A stretch of DNA of 64,000 bases from a virus. Under the pieces are notes generated by a model. It had not been told where the DNA came from and did not search any database. It worked only from the letters and a program-made list of their open reading frames with translations. Where the stretch lies: positions 8,865-72,864 of IMG/VR virus record IMGVR_UViG_3300025620_000004; one strand, 5' to 3'. This document shows positions 9,713-22,300 of this stretch, one piece after another (the first letter of the stretch is position 1; each line of letters opens with the position of its first letter). Both the position numbers and the translations under genes were made by a program.

Positions 9713-10125
9713 GCCAGATACGGGGTTTACTTGAAAGATTCGTAAAAGAAGACGATCAATCCATTGACATAGATAAATACTTATCTATATGTGAGCAACT
9801 TGGACAAGAGCCAGACCCCAATAAGATGCCGCTCGAGATCTCAGACTTTCCCTCTGAGGTCCAAGTGGCATTTTTTATATTCAGCTACCTTGAAGATAGA
9901 TTCGAAGGAATGTCGGGACAGTACATGGGCAAATCCTGGAATAATTTACAGTACTTATTTGAGTTGTTCGATGTAGAAGATAAAGCAGAAGTTTTATACA
10001 TAATGAAAATGTATGAAGGAATAATAGTCAAGCACTACTCAGATAAAGCAGAAAGAAAAAGAAAGGCAGAGGAAAGAAAGTCTGCGAGCGGTGGAAAACA
10101 GTACACCCATAATGTGAAAGGCTAA
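9691..10125 (+). CDS. Tail assembly chaperone frameshift extension (gpT-like)
   Basis: -1 frame is open from heptamer A AAT TTT (9691-9697) through WKQVSQIRGLLERF...PNKMPLEIS... to 10125. Confidence 0.75.
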   Translation, partial: KFYWKQVSQIRGLLERFVKEDDQSIDIDKYLSICEQLGQEPDPNKMPLEISDFPSEVQVAFFIFSYLEDRFEGMSGQYMGKSWNNLQYLFELFDVEDKAEVLYIMKMYEGIIVKHYSDKAERKRKAEERKSASGGKQYTHNVKG

Positions 10126-13100
10126 TGGCAGATACAATAACAGTAAAGTTTAAAGTCATGGAAGACGGTAGCTTAAAAGCTATTGGGAAAGATGCAACTA
10201 AAGCCGCAGCCGCACTCGATCAAACTTCAAAAAGTGCCAGAACTGCAGACCGTAATCTCAAAGGTGCTGCTCAGGCTTCTGCAAACGGTACAAAAAACTT
10301 TTCAAAAATGGCTCAAGGTATGGGTGGCTTAGTAGGCGCTTATGCAACTTTTGCAGCCAGTGTATTCGCTTTATCTGCCGCATTTAACTTTCTAAAGAAT
10401 GCCGCAGACGTAGCCCTTCTCGAACAAAGTCAGGTTCAATTCGCTCAAAATAGTGGTATCGCTATGGAGAGTCTCACCAATAAACTAAGAGCAGCTTCCA
10501 AAGGAATGCTAGACTTTCAATCTGCCGCAGCAGCTTCCGCAATGGGACTGGCTAAAGGTTTTTCCTCTGAGCAGATGGATGAAATGGCAGAAGGAGCTCT
10601 TAAAGTTTCCAATGTTCTAGGACGAAACTTTACAGATTCTTTTGATCGACTAACAAGAGGTGTGTCAAAAGCAGAGCCTGAACTTCTTGATGAATTGGGT
10701 ATTACTCTCAAACTAGAAACCGCAAAAAGAAAATATGCAGAATCTTTAGGTATTTCAGCAGACGCTCTTTCGTCTGCGGATGCTTCACAAGCAGTATACT
10801 TAGAGACTATGGAACAACTAAATAAGGTTGTGGGAGACGCGGAAGGTCAAGCAAATCCCTTTATGCAGCTAGCCGCTACCTTCAATGATTTAGCCAAAAC
10901 GCTTTCAGGTTTTATACTTCCTCCTTTCGAAGCTTTAGCAGGCTTTCTTAACGAAAATGCCGCAGTAGCTGCTCTATTCTTTGGAGCAATTGGTATGGGC
11001 ATCATAAAGAATATGCCTTTTGTTGCAGAAGCAAAAGAAGCTATTTCATCTTTCTTCGATTCCCAGGAACAAAAAGCCGAAGAAGCTAAGTCCGCAATGG
11101 CAGCTTATGCAGAAGAAATCAAAAAGACTAAACAAGCAGCCGCCAGCTTACGAGAAGAAGGCGGAGCCGAAGTAAAATCAGGTGCTAGCAAAGCCGTAGA
11201 AGCTGGTTCCACTTCAAAAGTACTAGCAAGAGCAGCGTCTGGCGAAATGAAAGGAGCAGATAAATCTAATCTAAAGAAAGCTCTTAAGTCCGCGGAAGAT
11301 CAGTATAAGAAACACGGAAAAATTACGAAAGGCATCTTTAAAGAAGTTGGTATAGATATTGCAAGAGAAATTGGAAATGGTTTAAAGAAAACAGAGACCC
11401 AAACACGAAGCACCGGTCAAAAGATAAAGGGGTTCTTTAAACGCATACAACTACGTTCAAAGGTTGTAGGTACAGCACTCAAAAGAGGTTTAGCAAATGG
11501 ATTTAAAGCAGTAGGCAGAGCAGCCACTATGGCAGGCAAAGCTATGAACATGGCTATGAAAGGTACTGTTATTCTAGGAATTATTCAGATGATCTATGAT
11601 ATGATCATGGCAGTAGTAAACGCCCCTAGAACTATGCTTGATGGAATTATCAAAGGTATTAAATTTGCTCTAAAAATGATACAAGGTATGGCAAATATGG
11701 CTATTGGTCTTGTAAACTACTTAAAAGAGCAGCTCAACAAAATACCTGGAGTTAAGCTGGAAATGTCTGAAGATTTTACTTTCGGAGATGACTTAGGAAA
11801 GAAAATAGAAGACGGCATTAAAAACTCAAGTATCTATAAAATTGCAGATGAGCATCAAAAAGGTAGAGAAGAGGCCCTGGGTTATAAGGACGCTTTAGAG
11901 CAAATACGAGATAGTGCGAAAGACTTAGGAAAAGAGCTAAATACTATCGTTGCGGGTAAAGTATTTAATGTCGAAGATAAAGACTATGATCCTATGAAAG
12001 CAGATAGGGCTAAAGCTAATACTATGCAAAGCCTTCCTGTTCTGGATATGATGAGAGAGCTAGACGAGCTCAAACCTAGACTAGAGCAAAACGAGCTTGG
12101 TGAGATGATTCCTAAAGGAGATGCTGAGCTCTACTCACAAGGTCTAAAGAAAATAGGACTTGAAATGAAGGGTTTGGAGAAAATATCTCCTGCATTTCAT
12201 AAAGCTGTAATCTCTGGTAATAGTGCAGCGGTTCAGGAAATGACCGAGAATGCCGGGAAGTTTAACCGCAATATTGAAGAAGCCCATAATCAACTAGGTA
12301 ATATGAGTTCTGCTCTTAAAGGAGCAAGCTCCGAGGCCGTACTAAGTTATGTAGAAAATATAGAAAAACTAGGAACCTCTGCAGAAGACGCAGGAAAGGC
12401 ACTAGGACTAACCTCCGATGTTCAGGCAAAGATAGATAAGAGATTCGAAGCAGCAGGTGGGGTCGATCAGTATATTGCAAATTTAAGAGCAGTAGAAGCA
12501 GAAGAAAAGCGTATTGCAAACGAAAAAAGTGTCAATGCAATTGCCAAAGTCGATGCGGGTGCAAATTTAAACTCTGCTTTCGGGCAAAGAGAACAACTTG
12601 AAATAGGACATAAAGAAGCTATTCTTGCTTTAGATGAAAAGAGGGCCGCCCTAGCCAAACTACGGAATGAAGATGTTCTGATTATGGACAAGGTACAACA
12701 AGAAATACATCAAAAAGCAATGGAGCAAGGACAGAGAGAGATAGATCTTGCAGAAGCAAAACGAGACGCAGCTGAGAAGGCCGCAGACGAAATGGCTCAA
12801 ATGGGTTTAAAGATTGGCGACTCTTTACAAAGTAATATGGAAAGTGCATTTAACTCCCTTATAGACGGAACTAAGTCCGCAAAACAAGCCTTTGCAGATA
12901 TGGCCAAAGCAATTCTTGCAGATATTGCAAAAATGATTACTAAAATGTTAGTAATGAAAATGCTAGAAAGTACTTTAGGAGGTACTAGTTTCGGTAGTTT
13001 CCTAGGAATAGACGGAGGCAGAAACGGTGGAGTATTTGAGGGAGGTAAAAAACAAAACAGCTATAGAAGTGGAGGTGTTGCAAAAGGGTCTCAAGGAGGA

Positions 13101-13370
13101 TATCCCGCAATGCTACACGGTACAGAAGCAGTAGTACCTCTACCTAACGGCAGATCTATACCTGTTGAAATGAAGAATTCTGGAGGAAACGTTTCAAACG
13201 TAACTGTAAATGTTTCAACCGAAGCGGGTAATACAAGTTCTCAAACAGGGCAAAACGATGGTGGAATGGATCAAGAGCGTCTAGGAAAAGCCATCGCAGT
13301 TGCCGTACAAAATGAATTACAGAATCAAAAACGATCGGGCGGTATACTTAACCCATATGGAGTAGCATAA
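10125..13370 (+). CDS. Tape measure protein
   Basis: 1081 aa Ala/Lys-rich helical; ELLDELGI motif; C-terminal GG...HGTEAVVPLP...AV..EL..QKRSGGIL. Confidence 0.92.
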   Translation: MADTITVKFKVMEDGSLKAIGKDATKAAAALDQTSKSARTADRNLKGAAQASANGTKNFSKMAQGMGGLVGAYATFAASVFALSAAFNFLKNAADVALLEQSQVQFAQNSGIAMESLTNKLRAASKGMLDFQSAAAASAMGLAKGFSSEQMDEMAEGALKVSNVLGRNFTDSFDRLTRGVSKAEPELLDELGITLKLETAKRKYAESLGISADALSSADASQAVYLETMEQLNKVVGDAEGQANPFMQLAATFNDLAKTLSGFILPPFEALAGFLNENAAVAALFFGAIGMGIIKNMPFVAEAKEAISSFFDSQEQKAEEAKSAMAAYAEEIKKTKQAAASLREEGGAEVKSGASKAVEAGSTSKVLARAASGEMKGADKSNLKKALKSAEDQYKKHGKITKGIFKEVGIDIAREIGNGLKKTETQTRSTGQKIKGFFKRIQLRSKVVGTALKRGLANGFKAVGRAATMAGKAMNMAMKGTVILGIIQMIYDMIMAVVNAPRTMLDGIIKGIKFALKMIQGMANMAIGLVNYLKEQLNKIPGVKLEMSEDFTFGDDLGKKIEDGIKNSSIYKIADEHQKGREEALGYKDALEQIRDSAKDLGKELNTIVAGKVFNVEDKDYDPMKADRAKANTMQSLPVLDMMRELDELKPRLEQNELGEMIPKGDAELYSQGLKKIGLEMKGLEKISPAFHKAVISGNSAAVQEMTENAGKFNRNIEEAHNQLGNMSSALKGASSEAVLSYVENIEKLGTSAEDAGKALGLTSDVQAKIDKRFEAAGGVDQYIANLRAVEAEEKRIANEKSVNAIAKVDAGANLNSAFGQREQLEIGHKEAILALDEKRAALAKLRNEDVLIMDKVQQEIHQKAMEQGQREIDLAEAKRDAAEKAADEMAQMGLKIGDSLQSNMESAFNSLIDGTKSAKQAFADMAKAILADIAKMITKMLVMKMLESTLGGTSFGSFLGIDGGRNGGVFEGGKKQNSYRSGGVAKGSQGGYPAMLHGTEAVVPLPNGRSIPVEMKNSGGNVSNVTVNVSTEAGNTSSQTGQNDGGMDQERLGKAIAVAVQNELQNQKRSGGILNPYGVA

Positions 13371-13768
13371 TGACTGTAGGTTTTAAATACTTAGGAGCAA
13401 ACTACGCAATTCCTGATAAAGGATTAAACAGGCAGAGTAAGCACAATGTTAATGTTGCAAAGTTTGGAGACGGTTATGAGCAACGAATAGTTAGAGGCTT
13501 AAACTCTATAGGAGAAACATATAACCTACAATTTCAACACAGAGAGAAAGAGTTCATTGACGATGTTGTTAATTTTTTAGACGGCAAAAAAGGTGTAACA
13601 CCTTTTTCTCTAATTATTCCAGATTCAAATGTAACTTCTGACCCTGCAGGTGATGCAGGTGTAGGAGAAAAAGAAATTAAAGTAGTTTCTGATACGTATA
13701 CAACTACATATTTGTACGGAAACTTTTATTCATTAACCGTTAGCGTAAGGCGAGTATACGAAGCATGA
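13370..13768 (+). CDS. Distal tail protein (lambda gpM-like)
   Basis: AKFGDGYEQR...GLN...FLD...G..PF motif. Confidence 0.85.
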   Translation: MTVGFKYLGANYAIPDKGLNRQSKHNVNVAKFGDGYEQRIVRGLNSIGETYNLQFQHREKEFIDDVVNFLDGKKGVTPFSLIIPDSNVTSDPAGDAGVGEKEIKVVSDTYTTTYLYGNFYSLTVSVRRVYEA

Positions 13769-14919
13769 CCAATTTAATAGCAACAGACGTACAAGGCACT
13801 ACAGTCGATAGTGGCGTTGTTAGTCTCTTCGAAATAACACTACTTCATAGTGGTAATACTTTTTACTTTTGTGAAGGTATTGGAGACGACCTTGAAGATA
13901 TACAGATGAGGGACAAAGAAGTTCCTTCAAATATACGTACCTATAAAGCTATTCCTATGCAGATTGAAGGCGTAGAAGTTAGCGCGACGGGTGCTTCTGC
14001 ACGACCAACAATAACAATAGCCAATGTCAGCTCCCTTCTGAAAGATACTGTAGGTGTCACAGATTATGATGAAGTAGTGGGCGCAACAGTTGTTCGTAGA
14101 CAAACGATGCAAAAATATCTTTACGGAGAGTCTGGAGACGCCAACCCTCCGATAGAGATGCCTACTTTAAAATACAGAGTTGATAGAGTTGCTAGCGAAA
14201 ATCAATTAGCAGTACAGTTTGAGCTAGCCGCTGTATACGACCTGGAAGGTGTAACTATACCTCGACGTGTAGTCGTAGGTAAGTTCTGCAGTTGGATGTA
14301 TCAAGGACAAGCTTTGGAACAGAATGGGGGTTGTGTCTGGAGAGCAGATAGTGTTGTACGAGCAAGATCCTCCACAATACCTTCTTCCTCTCCGTATAAC
14401 TATAATATATTCTATAACGCAAAAGATCAGCCTTTACTAACTCAGACTCTTTTAAATGGAGTATCGAACTGGGCTTCCGGGGCCGCCATAACACAAGGAT
14501 CTTATAGAAAGTACAATAATAAATGGTATAGAGCACAAATAGGGCATACTAGCAGCGGCAGTAATGACCCCGAAGAAAATGATGGAACTTGGGTAGAAGC
14601 ACTAGGATATTCCACCTATAGCTCCTCTACTACTTATGCAGAGGGGGCTTTAGTCAAGGCCGATGTCACTACTGTTAATAGTGTAGTTATAACCACGGTA
14701 TGGAAGTCTTTACACTCGGGCAATATAAATAATGCTCCTGCTCTTAACTCTCCGCATTGGATTAGAGAAGAAATGTGTGGAAAAACTTTACATTCTTGTA
14801 AGTGTAGGTACGGGGCGACTTTAATAGGAGATAACTCAAGCGGTGTAAAAATAGATGCAAGAACAGACAGCTCTGCTGTTTTACCTTTTGGCGGTTTCCC
14901 TGGCACATTGAAGTTTTGA
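13765..14919 (+). CDS. Minor tail protein (lambda gpL-like) with inserted carbohydrate-binding-like repeats
   Basis: RPTITIANV, GATVVRRQT..KYL, IPRR....C.W.Y....C, CGK....CK.R...FGGFPG. Confidence 0.85.
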   Translation: MTNLIATDVQGTTVDSGVVSLFEITLLHSGNTFYFCEGIGDDLEDIQMRDKEVPSNIRTYKAIPMQIEGVEVSATGASARPTITIANVSSLLKDTVGVTDYDEVVGATVVRRQTMQKYLYGESGDANPPIEMPTLKYRVDRVASENQLAVQFELAAVYDLEGVTIPRRVVVGKFCSWMYQGQALEQNGGCVWRADSVVRARSSTIPSSSPYNYNIFYNAKDQPLLTQTLLNGVSNWASGAAITQGSYRKYNNKWYRAQIGHTSSGSNDPEENDGTWVEALGYSTYSSSTTYAEGALVKADVTTVNSVVITTVWKSLHSGNINNAPALNSPHWIREEMCGKTLHSCKCRYGATLIGDNSSGVKIDARTDSSAVLPFGGFPGTLKF

Positions 14920-15620
14920 TTATGTTACAGTTTTTAGATGAAATAGAAGAACATTTTAAGGAGAATTATCCGCGAGAAGGGTGTGGTTTGCTAGCTGTCG
15001 TTAAGGGTGAATTACAGTGGTTTCCTTGTACTAATGTTGCGGAACATGAAGACGATTTCATACTGGATTCCACAGAGTATTTAAACATATCACGAAAAAG
15101 TGATATAGTAGGAATAGTCCACAGTCACCCTGATGCAAGTTGTGACCCTAGCGAGTCAGACATAAAGCACTGTAATGCTATAGGAGTTCCTTACTACATA
15201 TTTAGTTATCCTAGTATGGATGTTCACATACAACAGCCTGAGAAAGAATCTAAACCTCTTTACGGTAGAGACTATGAGTTTGGTGTCTCTGATTGTTTTG
15301 AAGCAATGAGAGACTATCTAGCTTCACAAAATATAGAAATACCTTCTCGTGCCGCTTTCGAAGACGATTGGTGGGAGAAGAAATTAGACTACTTTACAGA
15401 CGAAATAATTCAAGATTATGGGTATAAGCCCGTAGAAGGAAATATGGAAAAGAACGATGTTATTATATTCACAGTAAATGCCTCTGTAGGTAATCACTGT
15501 GGAGTTTATTTAGGGGAAGATATTTTTTATCACCACGCAGACAAAAGATTATCATGCAGAGAAAATCTGTATCCATTTTGGAAAAAGTACATAACAGGAG
15601 TGTATCGCCATGATGCGTAA
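14916..15620 (+). CDS. Tail assembly protein (lambda gpK-like; JAB + NlpC/P60)
   Basis: YPREGCG, HSHPD...PS..D (JAB); GVSDC...HCGVY...HH (NlpC/P60). Confidence 0.9.
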   Translation: MIMLQFLDEIEEHFKENYPREGCGLLAVVKGELQWFPCTNVAEHEDDFILDSTEYLNISRKSDIVGIVHSHPDASCDPSESDIKHCNAIGVPYYIFSYPSMDVHIQQPEKESKPLYGRDYEFGVSDCFEAMRDYLASQNIEIPSRAAFEDDWWEKKLDYFTDEIIQDYGYKPVEGNMEKNDVIIFTVNASVGNHCGVYLGEDIFYHHADKRLSCRENLYPFWKKYITGVYRHDA

Positions 15621-16341
15621 CGTATATTTACAAGGAGAACTAGGCGAACAGTTTGGTTCTGTTTTTAGAATAAATGCGACTAATTATACTGAAGTATTCA
15701 AATGCATTAATGCGAATAGACCCGATTTTTTGGCTTATGTCAGAGAATGCCATGAAAATGATGTAAGCTTTGCTGTAGATACTGCGGGCGAGCAAGCAGG
15801 TGAAGAGGATCTTTTAGTGCCTTTGAAAGAGGGGGACGTAACTATAGCAATTGTTCCTGCAGGATCTAAATCTGCATTCGGAAAGATACTTGCAGCTATT
15901 GCTATAGTAGCTGTTATGTTTATGTTTCCAGCAGTTTTTGGTACGACAACTTTTGGAGCAGGAGGCATGGGACCAGGATTTGCATCTTTAGCAAACGGTC
16001 TCAGTGCAGTTGGTATGGCAACAGCGGCAGTTGCACTAAATCTAGCAATGGCAGGCATTAGTCAAATGATGGCTCCAGACCCTTCTGTAGACGGAGAAGG
16101 TCCGGAAAACTATGCTTTCAATGGAAATGCTCAAAACATGCAGGAAGGCGATCCTATTCCCATACTCTACGGGAGACTAAGAGTACCAGGCAGACCTATA
16201 AGTATAAATATTCAGAACGCATCAGGGTATAGAAGAAATACAGGGGCTATTTTTGGAGGAGACGGATCAATAACAACCACCTCTAGTAATACAATATCAC
16301 ATCATAAAAAGACAGGCTCTAAAAAAGCCCACGAACGGTAG
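15610..16341 (+). CDS. Tail assembly protein (lambda gpI-like)
   Basis: L.GELG..FG N-terminus, hydrophobic Gly/Ala stretch, YAFNG..N...G.PIPILYG. Confidence 0.85.
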   Translation: MMRNVYLQGELGEQFGSVFRINATNYTEVFKCINANRPDFLAYVRECHENDVSFAVDTAGEQAGEEDLLVPLKEGDVTIAIVPAGSKSAFGKILAAIAIVAVMFMFPAVFGTTTFGAGGMGPGFASLANGLSAVGMATAAVALNLAMAGISQMMAPDPSVDGEGPENYAFNGNAQNMQEGDPIPILYGRLRVPGRPISINIQNASGYRRNTGAIFGGDGSITTTSSNTISHHKKTGSKKAHER

Positions 16342-16350
16342 GAGATAAAA

Positions 16351-19300
16351 ATGAGACATGGCGGAAATGGCGGTGGTGGTGCCGGCACAGGTAACAGTGG
16401 TAATTCCAATCCAGGAGGTACAGGCACATCTAGCAATAATGCTGCTACAATTAGTACAAGCGCTAGCGATGCGCAGCTTGTTTCTATTACAGATGTTATT
16501 TCAGAAGGCCCCATACTAGGTTTAGTAGACGGTTCGGCTTCTGTATTCCTGAATAATGACAGAATTCACGAAGTATCTGCGGCAGGGCAACGTGTATCTC
16601 ATGGCCCTATGACTATCACTCTTACTAATGGGTCTACTTCAGCAACAATTAATAATGCAACTTCTACCACTCCCTTGACTGCAAATGCCTCGCTAGGAGC
16701 ACAACTATTAATACGAGGAGGAAATTTAACAGAAACAAGTGTAACAAGTAGTTATGATACTAGACATAAAGTAAGTTTATCTACTTCTTCAAGTACTTTT
16801 ACTCAAACTATGGTTACCGCAGTTGGTCAACGAGCAAGACCAGATAGTTTAGTTCCTGGGCGTATTAAACCGACGGGTAGCAGTACTACTCCTGACGGCC
16901 TTCCTATAGAAGGTTTTATATGGCGTAGAGTTAGCGGTACCGAGGCTCTTTGGAGATCAGGTGCTTTCGGTGATTATAACGATTTCAGGCTCGATGACGC
17001 AACGTACAAGCTAGAACTAGATAAAATAGTAAATATAAATGCAGGAGGTATTAATGGCTCCTCTATAACACTTGCAAGTGCTTGGGACGGAATATCGGGG
17101 ACATATAGCTGGGATAAAATAAGTGTAGTTAATATGGATATTTCTGAGGTAGGCAGTAGAGCTTCTCAGCGAGTACAAGGTGGTACTGTTAATTTCAGAC
17201 CAGGCACATTAAACCAAACTCCCATGCGCAGCGGTGGCGAAACTGCAATTAGTAGAACTATTGGCGAACAAATGGAGGTGGGAACTGCTCGATTTTTAGT
17301 GGGCAGTGGTAACTGCGGTCTCACAGAAGCTCAGCTTCTAGAAGTGGACAAACTAAGATGGCGTATTACTTATCCTGCAGGATTTAAAGCAATCAGCGGT
17401 AAAGGCAATGATAAAACTACTTACATAAGGTATAGAATAAGTATAGCAATAAAAGAGGAAGGAGACTCTGATTTCGGAGGTTTTACTATTATTAGAAATC
17501 CTCTAACTCATAGTGGTAACTATACTAACTCTAAAACTTTTGAAAGCGACTTAAATCTTGAAAGATTTCGCCCTTTCACAGACTTCAAACTAAAATTAGA
17601 AAGACTAGATACAGATGACGACCCCGGTTTTAAATCTGTAGGACAAACTTACAAAGACTGGACAAATGTTACTGCAGGTAGTCTTACAGGCGTGACTTCT
17701 ATTCTAAATGAAAAACTTAACCATCCTTATACTGCTATGGCTGATGTTTCTTTTAGCACGAAGCAGTATCAAGGTATACCTCAAAGAACTTATGATCTAT
17801 ACGGTAAAATGGTTAGAGTGCCTTCAAACTATGTTACAAGAGAAGAAGCAACCAATGGAGTAGCTTCTTATAATAGAAATACAAGTACTGGAGTCATTAC
17901 TAGCAATTACCAAGACTGGGACGGGGATTTTCGAGATGAATTAGTTTATAGTAACAACCCTGCTTGGATTTACTATGACATTCTTACTAATAATAGATAC
18001 GGTTTGGGTTCCTTCATTAAAGAAGTGGATATAGATAAGTATGCTCTTTACCGCGTTGCAAGATATTGTGACGGCTTAGTTCCCGATGGAAAAGGAGGAC
18101 TAGAGCCTAGGTTTACATTAAATACCTACTTGACAAAAGGGGCAAATAGTTATAAAGTTCTCAAAGACTTAGCAACTAACTTTTTAGGTTTGCTTTACTA
18201 CTTAGATGGACAGCTTTATACCTCTCTTGATGCTCCAGCAGCTCCGGTCTATACATTCAATAAAACTAATGTAATAGATGGTACATTTAGCTACGAGAGT
18301 TCTTCGGAGAAAACTAGAAGCAATCAAATTATTGTAAACTGGAATGACCCAACAAAAGACTATAAGATGGAGCCTTTAATCGTTGAAGATGAGCGAAATA
18401 TAGTCAATACAGGCAGAATTATATCTGAAACTGCAGTTGCTTTCGGCTGTACTTCAGAAGGGCAAGCTACACGATACGGTAAATGGAAACTATGGACAGC
18501 AGCAAATCAGAAAGAGATAGCTACTTTTTCAGCAAGCCTAGAAGGTGCATTTGTAGCTCCTGGCGATATAATCAATATCCAAGATGCGGATAGATATGCT
18601 GTAAGACTGGGCGGACGAGTTTCAAATACAGGAACTCTTAGCACTACTACTATACCTTTAGACTCTACTGTTCTTTTGAATTCAGGATCTACATATACTT
18701 TAAGCTTGGTTTATCCTAAGCCTGCTGCATTCACTAGAGAAGCTGTTACTATAAGCGGAGTTAGTTATGAAGCAGGAGATTTAATACATCAAGCGTATGT
18801 TGATGGCTCTTTAACAGTAATTGATACTAAAGAAAAGTCTGTAAACGCTAAAGTATCTGCATCTTCCGGAGCCGAACCTTTAACACTTGACTTCAATGCC
18901 AATCTACGAACAGAAACAAAAGATATAACTTCTAGTCAAATTGGAAGTTCTGTAACTTCTATCACTGTGACCTCTGCATTTACAGAGGCTCCTACTAGAG
19001 AATCCTTGTGGGTTCTTCAAGAGACAAAAACTGGATTACAGGTAAAAGGGTCTAAAAAAGAATACAAAGTTTTATCTATCTCTGAAAACTCTGGCAATGT
19101 CTACGATATAACGTGTATTGAACATTATGACAGCAAGTGGACTTCTGTAGAAGAAGATTTTACTACATACATACAAGGAGATTTAGAGCCCTCTCTACTA
19201 AGCACAGATGTTGTTCCGCCTGTCGAAAACTTGATAGCAAGAAGTCACGGCAGAGATAATGGTACAGCCCATGAAACCTTACTTGTTTCTTGGGATCCAC

Positions 19301-22300
19301 CAGGGGCAGGACAAGCTTACGTTAGAAACAGTACCGGAGGTAGACATAATCAAACGGTTAGTCAAGAATACGAATACTTACTTGGATATATCGTAGAACA
19401 CAATTTACCCGAATATGAAAATCCTATGAGGGTAGGCAGGGACACAACTGAACTTTTATTTTCGGATTTAGTCCCAGACGACTATACAATAACGGTAAGA
19501 ACAGTTAATGCGATAGATAATGTATCAGAAGCAATTAGTGTTCAAACAACTATAACTGATCGTTTCCAGGATGCTATACCCAGATTCCCCTTAGGTCTTC
19601 CCTATGGTGGTACGTCTAATGTTGCTATAAAAACCATAAACAGTACTTCTGGCGATTCAGACTACGGATTATTTGAGTTGGCAAAAAGTGTTTACATCTT
19701 TAGTCCTGAACAAACAAACGGGTTCGGTATAAACCAGACTTCAACAGCAGCTTCTACATATCAACAAGATGTATCAGGAATTGCGGAAACAGCTGCAGTA
19801 GCTTCTTCAGAGTCTGGTACTTTTATTGACAGGCATTATTATGTATCTTTAAACTCAGCTGTAGCCACTGATAACCTCACACTACTTAAATATAATAAAA
19901 CACCAAATCACCGTGTTCCATATTGGTATGATGCGGGGAACGGTAGTAATACAACTGGTTTAACGAATCTTACAGGTACTATAAGTGTATCGGGTTCTAC
20001 TGTTACAGGTTCTGGTACAAGTTTTACTTCTGAACTAGTAGTAGGAGCACTTCTACAAACAACATCTACTGCAGCAGCTATAGTTACCTCGGTAGTTAGT
20101 GACACAGCCGTTTATATTGATAGAATTTTACCAGACGGATCGGGTATAACCGCTCAGACTAACAATCATAGATTTGATTTTGATAATGAAACTATTATAG
20201 CCAAAGTTTACGCTACAGATAATGGAGCAGCCAATAAAGTATTTTCGATGGAGCCTTATATGTCGTTGGACGCAAATGTCCAAGCACAACAAGGTGTTAC
20301 CAGAACTCTATACTACAGAGCTACTAATAATGGAGCAGCCGGCACTATTAATACTACTACAGGTACTTTTGACGACCCTGCAACTGGAGCAGCCACAGGG
20401 TGGCAGTTAGCAAATCCTGGACTACAAGCCAATGGCGATATTATTTATGCTATAACTCGTATCTTTACCAACGATGGTCTAGCCCCTCAAGAGGCTAGTT
20501 GGTCAACCGCTTCTATTGTTGCAAGACGACAAGATGGTGCGGCAGGTAATGCTGCAAAAGTAGTATCTTTGCGCGCTAGTAAATCAGTTATAGAGTATGC
20601 TGCAGATGGTACTACTGGCTCAGGTCAAACTATTACTTTAACTGCGGAATCAAAAAACTTCGATGATGGATACTTCAGGTTCACAGCAGATGATGGCTCT
20701 TTTACTACAATAGACTGGGTTGATGGTACTACCGCAAATACCAAAACAGCCACGTATAGTATACCTACAAGCTACAATGCAGACCCTATTACTTTTACTG
20801 TACAGGTTAAAGAGGGTAGCTCTGGCTCCGAAGAAGCTAGAGATGTTCTTACTATTCCTTCAATTAAGCCAGGTGTTGACGCAATAGATGCACTAACTGT
20901 AGTTATGACAAACGAAGCTCATGCAATTCCTAGAGCTTCGGCAACGGCTACACCTGACTTCACAGGCTCAGGAAATACTATTAGAGTCTTCGAGGGGACA
21001 ACAGAACTAGACCACGATAATACAGGCACCGCTGCCAGTCATTATAAAGTTGTTACTACAGGCTCTACTAACTGTACTCCAGGTAATTTAACTGGTGAAG
21101 GTTCTAATGTTCTTTCGGCAACCTTTGACCAGATCACGGGAATAACAGGAAATACGGCACTCGTAAAATATACTATAACAGGTAAGCGAGCAGACGGAAC
21201 AGCTTTCTCCCTTGTTAGATTCCAGTCTTTAACTAGAACAACGGACGGAGCTCCTGGTAATCCCGCTGTAGATGAAAAAACAGTCATTGTATACAAGAAG
21301 TTTGCCGCAGGAGTATCAGCGCCTACAGCAATTACATTTACTTCTGGCAATAATGCAACAGATCAAACCCACTCGAATCCTACAAATGAGCTAGACGGTT
21401 GGACTATTGCTTATCCTTCTATAAGTGTTGAAGGCGATCGAGTTTATTCAGGACAAAGAACCTTCACATTAACTGGAGGCGATAGCTCTTGGACTTTCAA
21501 CGGACTAGTTGCAGAAATAAAGACAGGGCCTAGAACAGCTACAATACAGTTGCATTATTCTGCTGCTGTGACTGATGGAAGTACTCCTGCAAAGCCAACT
21601 ACTTCCAATACTCACACATTTAATTTTGCAGCTAGTACTTTTGGGACTATAAAAACAGGATGGCAGCATGGAGCACCAACGTATGCTTCGGGTAACTCTA
21701 ATAAATACTACTACTCTTTTGCGACTATTACCGAGTCTTCTTTTGGAGGTTCTCAGACTATAACTTTCGGTAATACAACTCAAGCTATAGGATTCTCCGG
21801 CTTAGTTACCTTTACTTCAGCAGGTGTGTTAGAGGACGACCAATATTCGATTACGCCTCTTACTACTCACCAAGATGTAAGTAGTTTTATGGAGGCAGCA
21901 GATGTCGCAGACCATATTGGTGGAGCCAACACCTCAACTATTGATGGAGGTAAGATCAACGCAGGCAGCTCTGTTACAGTAGGAACTAGCGGAACTAACC
22001 GAGCAGGCTTATCAGGAGTAGGAACTGCAGAAACCGATATTAGAGTTTTTTCGGGAGCAGCTTTTGCCAACAGAGCAACAGCACCTTTTAGAGTAACACA
22101 GGCAGGTGAATTTAGGTCTTCTACTGGTATTATAGGCGGATTTACGTTCGGTGATGATGCCATGACCACTAGCCAAGACACTATATTAAGACTTGGTTCT
22201 GATCTCGGAAATAACATAGATCAAAGTGTGACTTTATCTTCCAGGTCTGAAGATGATTATGTTATTTATGCAGGTCATGCTCCTACAGATGATGATCCAG

